Shown piece by piece: positions 9,955 to 19,256 of a stretch of DNA of 61,890 bases. The notes under the pieces were generated by a model. The model was not told the DNA's origin, made no database searches, and worked only from the letters and a program-made list of their open reading frames with translations. The position numbers were made by a program, and so were the translations under genes. The DNA comes from a bacterium (GTDB lineage Bacteria > Patescibacteriota > Minisyncoccia > Phycocordibacterales > UBA2100). Numbering within the stretch: position 1 is the first letter of the stretch; each line of letters starts with the position of its first letter. The stretch lies in contig JAUSHX010000040.1 of the NCBI GenBank assembly GCA_030648265.1, positions 1 to 61,890 of the forward strand, written 5' to 3'.

Positions 9955-11691
9955 ATGAAGTCTTTCCTGCGGAATCATCTCTACGCGCTCATTCTCGCTA
10001 TCGTTGTGGGCGCAGTGTGTGTCGCACCCTCGCTTCTCGCGACCGCGGCCTTGGGAAGCGGTTACCGTGGCATTCAATATGGTCCGCTCAATAATGAAGA
10101 AACGTACCGTACGCGCATTCAAGAAATTCTCGATGGCCACCCAATGGTTACTTCACCGTATTTCTATGAATACAAAGATTCGCCGGTCGTCATTGTTCCC
10201 GTCAATGAGTGGCTCTACGCTATTCCGGCATTCATCTTCGGGCTTGCCGCTGTCATGGTAGCGAGCAAATTCCTCTTGCCGGCGATACTGTTCTTGCTCG
10301 TGTACTTCTTGGTACGGAAATTGCTTGGCAATCAGGGCGATGCGCTCTCCGTATCAACCGCTCTTGCGGCGGCATTTTTTGTTACGCTCGGCAGTGCGTT
10401 CGTTGATTACCGTTCAATGTTCACCCTGCTCTCGCATGGCGGCACTCCGGGGCCTCACATGTGGACGCGGCCTGTGCATCCAATAACAGGCGCCGTCCAG
10501 CTTTTCGGATTTCTCTTGCTTTTGCTCTCGGTGTGGGAGCGCAAATGGCGCTATGCGTATGTGGCGGCGGGAGTTCTTCTCGCAACGACGATTGGATATT
10601 TTTTCACCCTCGGACTTTCGTTTGCGATACTTGGCGCTCTTTGCCTCCTCGCGTTTTTGCGGAAAGAATTTGCAGTTGCGCGCGAAATGATCTATGTGCT
10701 GCTCATCTCCATTGCCATTGATGCGTGGTATTGGTACCACATGTTCGCTTCATTTGGTTCAAGCTCCGGGAGCGCGCTCGCACAGCTCAACGGACTATTT
10801 TTCACGCATGCGCCGGTGCTCAATAAGGCATTGCTTGCGGCAACACTCATCGTCCTTTGTCTTTTCGCATATTCATACCTGTGGAAAAAGAGCCGCGAAC
10901 ATATACGGAACTGGGTTTTCATTGCGGGGCTTTTACTCGGTTCATGGCTCGCGTTCAATCAGCAGGTTCTCACGGGCCGCGAAATATGGTACCAGCACTT
11001 TGTACAATACACCGTACCGCTTGCGGGTATTTCGGTCATTATGGCGGCATATCTGGCATTCCGAACGTATACGCCACGCGCACTGTACGCGGGGATGATA
11101 ACTCTTTCTCTCATCTGCCTCGCGTATGGTTTTGGGTCTATCAGAAGTTTTACCTTTGACCTGCCGTCGTTTGCGCACGACCAGAAGTTCGGGAGCGTGA
11201 TGACGTGGCTCAACCTAAACGCGCCGAAGGATTGTGTCGTCCTTGTCGCGTACAACGATGAGTGGTTTGAACGTCTCATTCCCGCCTTCACCTCATGTAA
11301 TGTGTACACCACGATTATGAGATATGCCGCCGATGTACCCGAGAGTAGGATAGTACATAATTTCTTGTTGCGCATGCGTCTAAATGGCGTGCGCGCTAGA
11401 GATGCGCATGCGTATCTTGTCGCGCATGAAGACGATGTACGGAACTATTTTTATACGGACTGGAATCAGGCGTTCGGGCACGGCGAAGAGCCGTGGATTC
11501 TTGACCGCATCGCGCTATTGGAGAAAGAGTACCAAGTCTTTCTTAAGAAATCGCTTGAACAGAATATCAAAACCTATCGGGTGGACTATATAGTATCGGA
11601 CAAGCCGCTTACGCTCTCCCTTCGCAATGCGCTGCCGGACCTTGAATTGGCGACCTCCACGGAAGCATTCTACATATACGAATTCCGATGA
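9955..11691 (+). CDS. Large polytopic membrane protein, paralog 2
   Basis: 578-aa ORF with the same architecture and motif (GHPMVTSPYFYEYK) as 8090..9868. Confidence 0.7.
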   Translation: MKSFLRNHLYALILAIVVGAVCVAPSLLATAALGSGYRGIQYGPLNNEETYRTRIQEILDGHPMVTSPYFYEYKDSPVVIVPVNEWLYAIPAFIFGLAAVMVASKFLLPAILFLLVYFLVRKLLGNQGDALSVSTALAAAFFVTLGSAFVDYRSMFTLLSHGGTPGPHMWTRPVHPITGAVQLFGFLLLLLSVWERKWRYAYVAAGVLLATTIGYFFTLGLSFAILGALCLLAFLRKEFAVAREMIYVLLISIAIDAWYWYHMFASFGSSSGSALAQLNGLFFTHAPVLNKALLAATLIVLCLFAYSYLWKKSREHIRNWVFIAGLLLGSWLAFNQQVLTGREIWYQHFVQYTVPLAGISVIMAAYLAFRTYTPRALYAGMITLSLICLAYGFGSIRSFTFDLPSFAHDQKFGSVMTWLNLNAPKDCVVLVAYNDEWFERLIPAFTSCNVYTTIMRYAADVPESRIVHNFLLRMRLNGVRARDAHAYLVAHEDDVRNYFYTDWNQAFGHGEEPWILDRIALLEKEYQVFLKKSLEQNIKTYRVDYIVSDKPLTLSLRNALPDLELATSTEAFYIYEFR

Positions 11692-11789
11692 TGAATCAGA
11701 CACGGTGCGCGTAGGAGATGCCAGAACATAGTGCAGTGCCAGAACAGCAAAAGGAAATGGCACGCGTCCAAGGCTCTCTTCTTCAGGAC

Positions 11790-13058
11790 TCAGAATGTGC
11801 AGAATGTCTCTAGTGCCTTGTGGTCGGTGAATGTCACCGGTATAGGAGGATTGGCTGTTATTTCCTTCACGCCCCGCGCAAAAGCATGGTCAAGTTGCAT
11901 ACCGACCATGCCAGCGGCCCTGGTTACAGTGGGTTCGCTTCCGATATCGCCCTTTTGAAAACCCAATTTGGAAGCGAGGTTTCTCATGTGCTTAACTTCA
12001 AGCAGGTCGAAATGTTCAAGCGCCGAAAGACCGGCAGTAAGTGGAAAATATGTGACAGGGTTTCGCCCGATAGCGCGGGGAGCATCATAACCATAGGTAT
12101 TCATATCCCCGATGAAGACAGCCACACCATTCTTTCCAGCAAGCGATTTGCTGTTTTTAAGAGACGTGCGAACAGACCTATTCCGCTCCACCATGTATGA
12201 TGCCGGCGACATGTATATATTGCTTATGACAACCGTGCGCGCATGGCCGTCCATTCCCATGACACGGAACTTTGCATTGAGTGTTTGATACGTATGAGGT
12301 CCTGCCCAGCCGCGCGCCTCAGAACCGTAGGCTTCCACAAACGGAGGCTCGCCCGAGGGGTATGTGGTTACCGCGTGCTCTTCGCCGTCTTTCGTCCGCA
12401 CCACTTTTACTTCCTTATGTGAGCCTTGCATATGCGGTGTGATTGAAAGTTCGGGCATGTCTATGGCGTATCCATCCAAGGCTTGGGACCGCGTGTTTAC
12501 CAGTGTTACCAATGCCATCAAATGACCTGGCGCTTTGCCGTCAACGCCACAGACGTTGGCATAGTACGAAAACCCCATTTTATGAAGTTGCGGGCCAAGG
12601 ACTTTGAGCCGGTATAGGGGGAAGTCCTGCAAACATATAATAGAGGCGTCTTTTTCTCTTGATGTGAGGAACTCCAAGAATTGTTTTTCCAGCGGCGTAG
12701 TTCCAACATTCGCACGATTGACGGAGTCTTGGCGCTCTCCGAGCGCATTCATGTTTATGCTTATCAGTGAAAGTTCATTGAGTTCCTCAATAGACCGCTT
12801 TGGTTGCTCTACAGCCGACAGGTGGTCAACGACAGTGGGGACTGTCAGCTTGTCATCGCCAAGTTCTTTCGTACCAACCCACTGCGTAAGCGGAACAATT
12901 TTGCCTGGATGTTTCCGCCATTCTATAAGCGTGTTTTTAATCGCTTGTGTTACTGCGGTCTCAAGTTTGGCATTGTCTTCACGCTCGCGCGCGGCGCTTG
13001 GCGTCTCAGGTGAAGGACGGCTGGGGTGAAAGGGGTTCATTTCTAAACTCATATTCAC
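11790..13058 (-). CDS. Endonuclease/exonuclease/phosphatase (EEP)-family protein with a roughly 100-aa unique N-terminal region
   Basis: 422-aa ORF. The ordered motifs SLISINMN, SIICLQD, FIGDMNTY, QLDHAF and FTDHKAL match the EEP catalytic motif series (N, E/D, GDxN, D-H, SDH). Confidence 0.6.
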   Translation of the reverse strand: MNMSLEMNPFHPSRPSPETPSAAREREDNAKLETAVTQAIKNTLIEWRKHPGKIVPLTQWVGTKELGDDKLTVPTVVDHLSAVEQPKRSIEELNELSLISINMNALGERQDSVNRANVGTTPLEKQFLEFLTSREKDASIICLQDFPLYRLKVLGPQLHKMGFSYYANVCGVDGKAPGHLMALVTLVNTRSQALDGYAIDMPELSITPHMQGSHKEVKVVRTKDGEEHAVTTYPSGEPPFVEAYGSEARGWAGPHTYQTLNAKFRVMGMDGHARTVVISNIYMSPASYMVERNRSVRTSLKNSKSLAGKNGVAVFIGDMNTYGYDAPRAIGRNPVTYFPLTAGLSALEHFDLLEVKHMRNLASKLGFQKGDIGSEPTVTRAAGMVGMQLDHAFARGVKEITANPPIPVTFTDHKALETFCTF

Positions 13059-13157
13059 AGTATATAGGATTCCTTAACACCATCACACCTCTTCAGGCGC
13101 CATGACAATTACACATTGCGTTGCGAACTGATGCCCATGAGGGTACAGTGAGAAGTC

Positions 13158-15497
13158 ATGCACGCACCGCGCATTAAGAGTTTGTACGAACACATCGCTT
13201 TTCTTGCAAAGAAGCATCCATCGCGGACGGCGCTTGTGAACTGCGACACGGAGGGAAACATTGTGCGCGAAATCAACTTCAAGGAACTTGCACAAGAAGT
13301 TGAAGCCGCCGCCACTTATCTGTCTGGACTGGGCATCTCTAAAGGGGACAGGATGGCGCTTGCCTTTAAGAATTCTGCCGAGCTTCTTATTATCTCGTGG
13401 GCAGCGTGGAGCACGGGGATTATTACGGTTCCTTTGGACACGAAGCGCGATACGGGCGAACAGCACGCATACAAAATTAAACTAAATAACGCAAAGCTGT
13501 TGATAGCACAGCAAAACGCACTCAAAGACGAGGACAGAGTATATTTGAAGGATGTGAGTATCATAGAGTTTATCGAGTTCCCGAAAATCACTCACGCAAA
13601 GATTGAATGGGAGTCGGGGCTTTCGCATCAGGCACTTGTCTTGTTCACATCCGGAACGACCGCACATCCCAAGGGCGCGAAACTCTCGCTCCAAAACCTC
13701 ATCGTGAACGCCGAAGGTATACGCGAGTGGCTGCGCATCACGGAAGACGACCGGTTCCTGGTGAATCTTCCGCTTCACCACATCAACTCAACGACATTCT
13801 GCCTTTCCGTTTTGCTCGCAGGCGGGTCCATCGCAGTTGTGCCCGGGTATTCCAACTCTCATTTCTGGCAACAAATTGCGAAAACCGGTGCGACCATCAC
13901 ATCCATCGTGCAGTCCATTTTGTTTGACCAGTTAAATCGCGAGCAGGAGTATGCCGACGTGAGAAAAGACGTTAAGCTCAATCGAATCCAAATCGGTTCG
14001 GCACCTGTTATCTCGAGTACGGTACAGGAGTTCAGAAAGAAATTCGGCATCAATTTGTATCAAGGATACGGACAGACAGAAACCGCACTCCGCGTTACGG
14101 GTGTGCCCATGGGTCTGTCAGAAGAGTTATATGAAAAGCTTGTGGAAGAAAATTCTATAGGAGCTCCAATGTCGTGGGCGGATGTGCGCATTGCAGACGA
14201 GAGCGGGAAATTTCTGGGCGAGGGAGAAGAGGGCGAGATAGTTGTCAAAGGCGAAGCAAATATGGAGGGTTACGTAGGTGGAGAGCCCGCGTTCCGCGAC
14301 CAGTACTTCCTTTCAGGCGATGTCGGGTTTTTCCGAGTGGCCGTGGGAAAACAATTCTTCTACCTGAAGGGACGGAAAAAGGAAATTATTATCAAGGGCG
14401 GCATCAATATCTCGCCAGTCGCTGTTGAAAATCATCTCAAGAAAATCTCACCTGACATCGGGCAGGTTCATGTCGTGTCCGTGCCCGACGAGCGCTACGG
14501 CGAGGAAGCGGGCGCGGTCATTTCATGGAAGGAAGGAGTTGATGTGGAAGTCGCTAAACGACGGCTCAAACTCGCGCTTGTATGCGGGACGCCGTATTTG
14601 AGCGCATACGAAACGCCGAAATATATCACATCGCTTACGGTTGAAAAACTCCCAACAACGTCCACAGGGAAGGTACAGCGCACCATTCTCAAAAAGCAAT
14701 TACCGTACGAGCGTTTTGAATCAATATACGGGCTTTGGAAAACTCCCGAGTACCGGTTCACTGTTCTCCACCGGTATTCGCGCTGGGTTAGTGAGTCGTA
14801 TGAACTTTACAACTACTGCTGGAAGCCGCTCGTGGCCGAGCGGAGCGCGTACGAAAAGGACATACCCAAACAAATCATTATTCTTGCGGTGGACCGTCTA
14901 CAGGTGCCGATACCAACCTATCGGCCAGGCGCAGACCGCGTGGCAGGGCAGATTGCGCTCATTCGCACCGACCTTTCCGGAGATGAACTCCTGCGCACGA
15001 CATACGACGAATTGCTCACGCCGAACGTTTTGGCTCCGCAGGGAAAAAATATCGTCTGCATTTCTATTTGCAGTGCGGATTACAAACCGAGACCGGTGCC
15101 GATCGTTGCGCAAATGGCCGATGGGGTAGGCATCGGCACCTGTAGACGGCCCGACGAAAAAGCCGTGCTTGCATATATTCCGCAGGATCCTGTTTTTAGA
15201 TTCCATCAAAAGCCAAAGGGAGGACTCACCGAGGGGGCGCATTTAGTTGGCTTGATTCCGAACGGCCGGCCTGAAGACAAAAGCGCCCTCGGCTACAATA
15301 TGCTTCTCCAGTATCCGGAGCCGAAAGGAGATTTGCGTATCAGTGATGACGCCCCTGTTTCACAGCGATTGATTGAAGCCGTTCTCGTGCTCGCCCGCGA
15401 CGCAGGAATCGAGAATGTTTACGCATATTCAAGGCCCGGCGGGTTAGCATCATACATCTCTAAAAAGAACGTAATAAAGAACGTAATCAACACATGA
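13158..15497 (+). CDS. AMP-dependent synthetase/ligase (acyl-CoA-synthetase-like) fused to a roughly 260-aa C-terminal domain of uncertain, possibly GNAT-like, fold
   Basis: 779-aa ORF with the AMP-binding motifs LVLFTSGTTAHPKGAKLS, YGQTET and GDVGFF...GRKKEIIIKGGINI...STGKV. After about residue 520 comes an extra domain ending ...LIEAVLVLARDAGIENVYAYSRPGGL. Confidence 0.8.
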   Translation: MHAPRIKSLYEHIAFLAKKHPSRTALVNCDTEGNIVREINFKELAQEVEAAATYLSGLGISKGDRMALAFKNSAELLIISWAAWSTGIITVPLDTKRDTGEQHAYKIKLNNAKLLIAQQNALKDEDRVYLKDVSIIEFIEFPKITHAKIEWESGLSHQALVLFTSGTTAHPKGAKLSLQNLIVNAEGIREWLRITEDDRFLVNLPLHHINSTTFCLSVLLAGGSIAVVPGYSNSHFWQQIAKTGATITSIVQSILFDQLNREQEYADVRKDVKLNRIQIGSAPVISSTVQEFRKKFGINLYQGYGQTETALRVTGVPMGLSEELYEKLVEENSIGAPMSWADVRIADESGKFLGEGEEGEIVVKGEANMEGYVGGEPAFRDQYFLSGDVGFFRVAVGKQFFYLKGRKKEIIIKGGINISPVAVENHLKKISPDIGQVHVVSVPDERYGEEAGAVISWKEGVDVEVAKRRLKLALVCGTPYLSAYETPKYITSLTVEKLPTTSTGKVQRTILKKQLPYERFESIYGLWKTPEYRFTVLHRYSRWVSESYELYNYCWKPLVAERSAYEKDIPKQIIILAVDRLQVPIPTYRPGADRVAGQIALIRTDLSGDELLRTTYDELLTPNVLAPQGKNIVCISICSADYKPRPVPIVAQMADGVGIGTCRRPDEKAVLAYIPQDPVFRFHQKPKGGLTEGAHLVGLIPNGRPEDKSALGYNMLLQYPEPKGDLRISDDAPVSQRLIEAVLVLARDAGIENVYAYSRPGGLASYISKKNVIKNVINT

Positions 15498-15567
15498 CAC
15501 GCGCGTAACACATGCGCTGCGAGTCATGTCAACAATCTGTTACGGCCGTGAGTGATTGTTGATATCG

Positions 15568-16137
15568 TTACTGAAGCCCGAATTCCTGCTTAAGGCGCGA
15601 ATCGTTCTCGAGTTTCTCTACGATCGTATACAAAACGGAACCAGCAACGCCAAGATCAGCCTTAAGGAGAGTAATGATGTCCTCACAATCGTACGGGAAT
15701 ATCCAAACACTCGCCTGAAGTTGGCGGAAGCCGTACGACTGAAGAGTTACTCGTAGCTTGTCGCGAGTCTTTCGATAACGTTCTGGTATGTCGAATATTA
15801 CCATGCGCCACTTCTTATCCCATCGCCGTCGGACACTGGCGCGCAAGATGGCTTCCTGTTCCAAACGACGGAATTCTCGTTGCCCCGTCTCGGTGAGTTC
15901 TATAAAACCTTTTTTCTTGAAGCGCACGAGGCCTCGATTCGCCAAACGAGAGGCGACAGTCTTTATCTGATAGTTGAACTTGTACTTATCTCTATTTACG
16001 ATGCCGACAATTTGCATGGTCGCGAGTGCTACAGCGGGAAAAAGTATTACACCGGACATTCCGAGGGCAAGAAGAAATCCGTCGCGCACGTACCCATGTT
16101 TCTTTTCTAGGCGAAGTTCAGACTCAAGTTTGCCCAT
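15568..16137 (-). CDS. PaaX-like regulator (TM helix, winged HTH and Cas2-fold C-terminal domain)
   Basis: ORF 15568..16542 trimmed to the internal ATG at 16137 (MGKLESE...), because the long form overlaps tdh. Motif WDKKWRMVIFDIPERYRKTRDKLRVTLQSYGFRQLQASVWIFP is the PaaX/Cas2-like signature. Confidence 0.6.
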   Translation of the reverse strand: MGKLESELRLEKKHGYVRDGFLLALGMSGVILFPAVALATMQIVGIVNRDKYKFNYQIKTVASRLANRGLVRFKKKGFIELTETGQREFRRLEQEAILRASVRRRWDKKWRMVIFDIPERYRKTRDKLRVTLQSYGFRQLQASVWIFPYDCEDIITLLKADLGVAGSVLYTIVEKLENDSRLKQEFGLQ

Positions 16138-16260
16138 ATCAACGATTATATACGGCCGTATGAGATTGTGGAGTAAGGCGGTAGGATAACTAGGATAGAA
16201 AGAGCGGAGAAGGCCGAATAACGCGGCTTTCTCCTCTCGCTTCACACGCGGCGAAAACTG

Positions 16261-17487
16261 ATGCACAATAGCTCGATGCACAAGGCAAGAACTGTTAAAG
16301 CGCTGACCATAGACCTCAAAAAGGACGGGTGGGGGAAAAGTCTTGGTTTTGTAATGCGGGATGTGCCAATGCCCGTTTTGGACGAGAAGAAAAATCCCGA
16401 AGATGCGCTTTCCGTTATTCTCAAGATGCACTACGCGGGCGTGTGCGGTTCCGACCGCGGTTTGTGGTACCGCACCGCGTTCAAAGACATGGTGCACGAT
16501 TCGCTGAAGCGAGAAAAACAAACAATGCGCATCACGGGGCACGAATTCTTGGGCGAAATAGTTGAGGTTGGTTCAATGGTGGACCGTTTATACTACGACC
16601 CGGATGAAAAGAATCCCGCAAAAATTGAGAAGGGGAGTTTAGTTTCTGGCGATTCGCACGTTACCTGCGGGCGATGCTATCAATGCCGTATCGGCGAGGG
16701 TCACGTCTGCTTAGGCGAAGCGATACTCGGCATTTCCATAAACGGTATTTTCGCTGAATATGTAAAAATTCCTGCGAGAAACTTATGGGCAATCGACAAG
16801 AGGAGAATTCGCCCCGAGATAGGTTCTATTTTTGATCCGTTGGGCAATGCGGTGCACGCGACGACATGCGTTGATTACCGCGGACAGCGCGTCGCAATTT
16901 TCGGATGCGGGCCGGTCGGCCTTTTTTCCGTTCTCCTTGCGCGCAATTTCGGCGCGGCCAAGATAATCGCAGTAGATATAAGCCACGACAACTTAAAAAT
17001 GGCAAAAGAACTTGGCGCTCACGAAACAATACTTATTTCTAAGACCAATAAAGAGCATGGGTGGGAACATGATGCCGATGTGGTTAAGCGCATCATGAAA
17101 CTTACATACGGCAAGGGCGTGGATATTTCAATGGAGATGGCAGGTCCGCCCTCGTCCCTCAACAACTGTATTCTCTCTACGCGCCGCGGCGGCGATGTGG
17201 TCGCTTTCGGTATTAAGGACGGCGAATTCACCATTCCGGATTTCTCCCGCAATGTTATTGTCCGCGGGCTCACGATTCACGGCATCATCGGCCGCCGCAT
17301 TTTCCGCACATGGCAAATCGCCCAGCGCGTTCTTTCCGACAAAACCAACGGCGTGCAGGACGCGATTTGGAACGTTATTCTGAAACAGGGAAAGGGGACG
17401 ATTCTTGATTTCAAGAAATTCACGCCGGAGAGTTTTGAGAAAGCGATGAACGAGAATCCGAAAATCATTTTCAAAGTGAACGGCTAA
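16261..17487 (+). CDS. tdh: L-threonine 3-dehydrogenase (Zn-dependent MDR alcohol dehydrogenase family)
   Basis: 408-aa ORF with CGSDRG, GHEFLGEIVEVG, CGRCYQCRIGEGHVC and GCGPVGL. It lies immediately upstream of kbl, the classical tdh-kbl pairing. Confidence 0.75.
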   Translation: MHNSSMHKARTVKALTIDLKKDGWGKSLGFVMRDVPMPVLDEKKNPEDALSVILKMHYAGVCGSDRGLWYRTAFKDMVHDSLKREKQTMRITGHEFLGEIVEVGSMVDRLYYDPDEKNPAKIEKGSLVSGDSHVTCGRCYQCRIGEGHVCLGEAILGISINGIFAEYVKIPARNLWAIDKRRIRPEIGSIFDPLGNAVHATTCVDYRGQRVAIFGCGPVGLFSVLLARNFGAAKIIAVDISHDNLKMAKELGAHETILISKTNKEHGWEHDADVVKRIMKLTYGKGVDISMEMAGPPSSLNNCILSTRRGGDVVAFGIKDGEFTIPDFSRNVIVRGLTIHGIIGRRIFRTWQIAQRVLSDKTNGVQDAIWNVILKQGKGTILDFKKFTPESFEKAMNENPKIIFKVNG

Positions 17488-17490
17488 GAT

Positions 17491-18675
17491 ATGTACGGCA
17501 ACCTTAAATCAATTCTTGAGTCGGAGCTTGTCGCCGCAAAAGAAAACGGCACATACAAGACTGAAAGAGTCTTGGAATCGGCGCAGGGGCGGGAAATCAC
17601 TGTCGGCGGGAAACAGTACCTGAACTTCTGCGCGAATAATTATCTCGGATTGGCGGGGACGGAATTGCTGGAAAAAGCATCTGAAGAGGCCGTAAAAAGA
17701 TGGGGATTCGGGCTTGCATCCGTGCGATTTATTTGCGGTACACAGACAGTTCACAAGGATTTGGAACGCGCAGTGGCTGGTCTGGTAGGAATGGAAGACG
17801 CAGTTTTGTATTCCTCATGCTTTATGGCGAATGTCGGGCTTTTCCAGACCTTCTTCGGCGAGCAGGACGTGATAATCAGCGATGAATTGAATCACGCTTC
17901 CATAATTGATGCCGTGCGCCTCTCAAAGGCGGAGAGAGCCGTTTTCAAGCACATGGACATGAGGGACTTGGAAGAGAAACTCAAAGCGTCGAGCGGCAGG
18001 CACCTGCGTGTAATTGCCACCGACGGCGTGTACAGCATGGATGGCGACATCGCTCCGCTCAAAGAAATCTGCGACCTCGCCGACAAATACGATGCTCTTG
18101 TAATGGTGGACGATGCACATGCCACGGGCGTTATGGGTAAGAACGGCGGCGGCACGCCGGAACACTGCGGCGTTGTTGGGCGGGTAGATTTTGTGACAGG
18201 CACATTCGGCAAAGCGCTCGGCGGCGCGGGCGGAGCATTTACCGCAACGCGCAGAGAAGCGGCGGATTATCTTCGCAATCGCTCGCGCACGTATCTTTTT
18301 TCAAATTCATTGGACACGGCGGTTACCGGCACATCGCTTTTCGTCATCAATCATTTGAAAAAGCACCCCGAATTCCGCGAGCGGTTGTGGGAGAACGCAA
18401 AATATTTCCGCGAACTCATGAAGAAAAACGGGTTTAAGGTTCCGGATGCCCAGCATCCGATAACGCCCATCATGCTCGGAGACGAAAAGAAGGCGGTGGA
18501 AATGGCGAAGGCGCTCTTTGACGAAGGCATTTATGTAATCGGCTTCGCGTTCCCGGTGGTTCCCAAAGGCAAAGCGCGCATCAGAGTACAAATCTCCGCC
18601 GTACACACAAAGAAAGACATTGAAAAAGCAGTTGAGAAATTCACCAAGGTCGGTAAAGAATTCGGGGCGGTGTAA
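17491..18675 (+). CDS. kbl: Glycine C-acetyltransferase / 2-amino-3-ketobutyrate CoA ligase
   Basis: 394-aa ORF from the alpha-oxoamine synthase family, with NFCANNYLGL, DELNHASIIDA, DGVYSMDGD, VDDAHATG and TFGKALGG (PLP lysine). Confidence 0.85.
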   Translation: MYGNLKSILESELVAAKENGTYKTERVLESAQGREITVGGKQYLNFCANNYLGLAGTELLEKASEEAVKRWGFGLASVRFICGTQTVHKDLERAVAGLVGMEDAVLYSSCFMANVGLFQTFFGEQDVIISDELNHASIIDAVRLSKAERAVFKHMDMRDLEEKLKASSGRHLRVIATDGVYSMDGDIAPLKEICDLADKYDALVMVDDAHATGVMGKNGGGTPEHCGVVGRVDFVTGTFGKALGGAGGAFTATRREAADYLRNRSRTYLFSNSLDTAVTGTSLFVINHLKKHPEFRERLWENAKYFRELMKKNGFKVPDAQHPITPIMLGDEKKAVEMAKALFDEGIYVIGFAFPVVPKGKARIRVQISAVHTKKDIEKAVEKFTKVGKEFGAV

Positions 18676-18695
18676 TTTTCAGAATTATTAGAGTT

Positions 18696-19190
18696 AAAAA
18701 ATAAAGCCGACGCGGAAGTTACGTCGGCCCGGAGCTATTTTGGATCTATCACGAATCCTCAAGCTCACTATGGGGTACCCATGCGGACGCGTTGAGCGCC
18801 TTCTCGTAGGGCTTAACATTTTTTTGCCCACTCCCGGCGAGCCTTTGGTGACGCCAATGTCAGTCAGACATTTGTGCGGTTTTCTTAGGACCGTCGGGAT
18901 TCGGACCCGACACCAGAGGTAAAGAAAGTAAGCGCCGCCGACGTACCCTCCATGTTTGGAGAGCGAGGGTTACCCCGCCTCCGGGTTGAATGAACTCCCC
19001 AATCCACAGAAGCAACTACCGGACAGAGGAAACCGAAACATATCACTCCGTTTTTTTTGTAAAGGAGATATCTAGGTCTCTTGGTCGAAAACGTGGTCGT
19101 TTTCGACACGATTTTTGCTCGTTGGATTACCAACGAAAAAATCGCTTGACTTTCCAAACCAGAAGATTACTATGTTCTTAAGCCCCGCGA
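18696..19190 (-). ncRNA. Candidate structured non-coding RNA of unresolved identity (RNase P RNA, tmRNA or other)
   Basis: The 580-nt gap between kbl and secE has no credible ORF. Perfect hairpins lie at 19084-19107 and 19120-19135, the latter enclosed by 19109-19116/19137-19144. A tRNA T-arm-like hairpin on the minus strand spans 18894-18910 (TCGGG-TCCGAAT-CCCGA). On the minus strand the GC hairpin 18706-18728 is followed by a T-run (plus-strand A-run 18696-18705), which looks like a terminator. Weak RNase P-like strings are GGAAAGTC (19155-19148) and ACCCGGAG. Confidence 0.3.
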
Positions 19191-19256
19191 GGGGTTTTTG
19201 ATTAGGGGCCGTTTTGTCCGCTGTAAACCGTAAACTTTTAACTGTAAACTACTCAT

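Noticed and set aside
15568-16542. Full 324-aa version of the PaaX-like ORF
   Set aside because: The N-terminal 135 codons overlap the tdh start region on the other strand and look non-protein-like (His/Arg/Phe-rich). The internal ATG at 16137 leaves a sensible 123-nt divergent spacer.
18886-18915. tRNA gene suggested by a T-arm-like hairpin (TCGGG-TCCGAAT-CCCGA, minus strand)
   Set aside because: No acceptor partner for CGGTCCT lies within 70-95 nt upstream. No anticodon or D arm can be drawn, and the T-loop has C at position 55. It is kept only as part of the unassigned structured region.
18886-19186. One-piece tmRNA starting GGGGCTT at 19186 and ending at the T-arm, with a possible tag frame (V)ENDHVFDQET*
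   Set aside because: The 5' GGGGCTT cannot pair with the 3' strand, and no G3-U70 is possible. The putative tag lies inside a perfect 10-bp hairpin and does not end in the usual hydrophobic or Ala residues. The resemblance to GCAAAAA..AAACGAC of E. coli ssrA may be chance.
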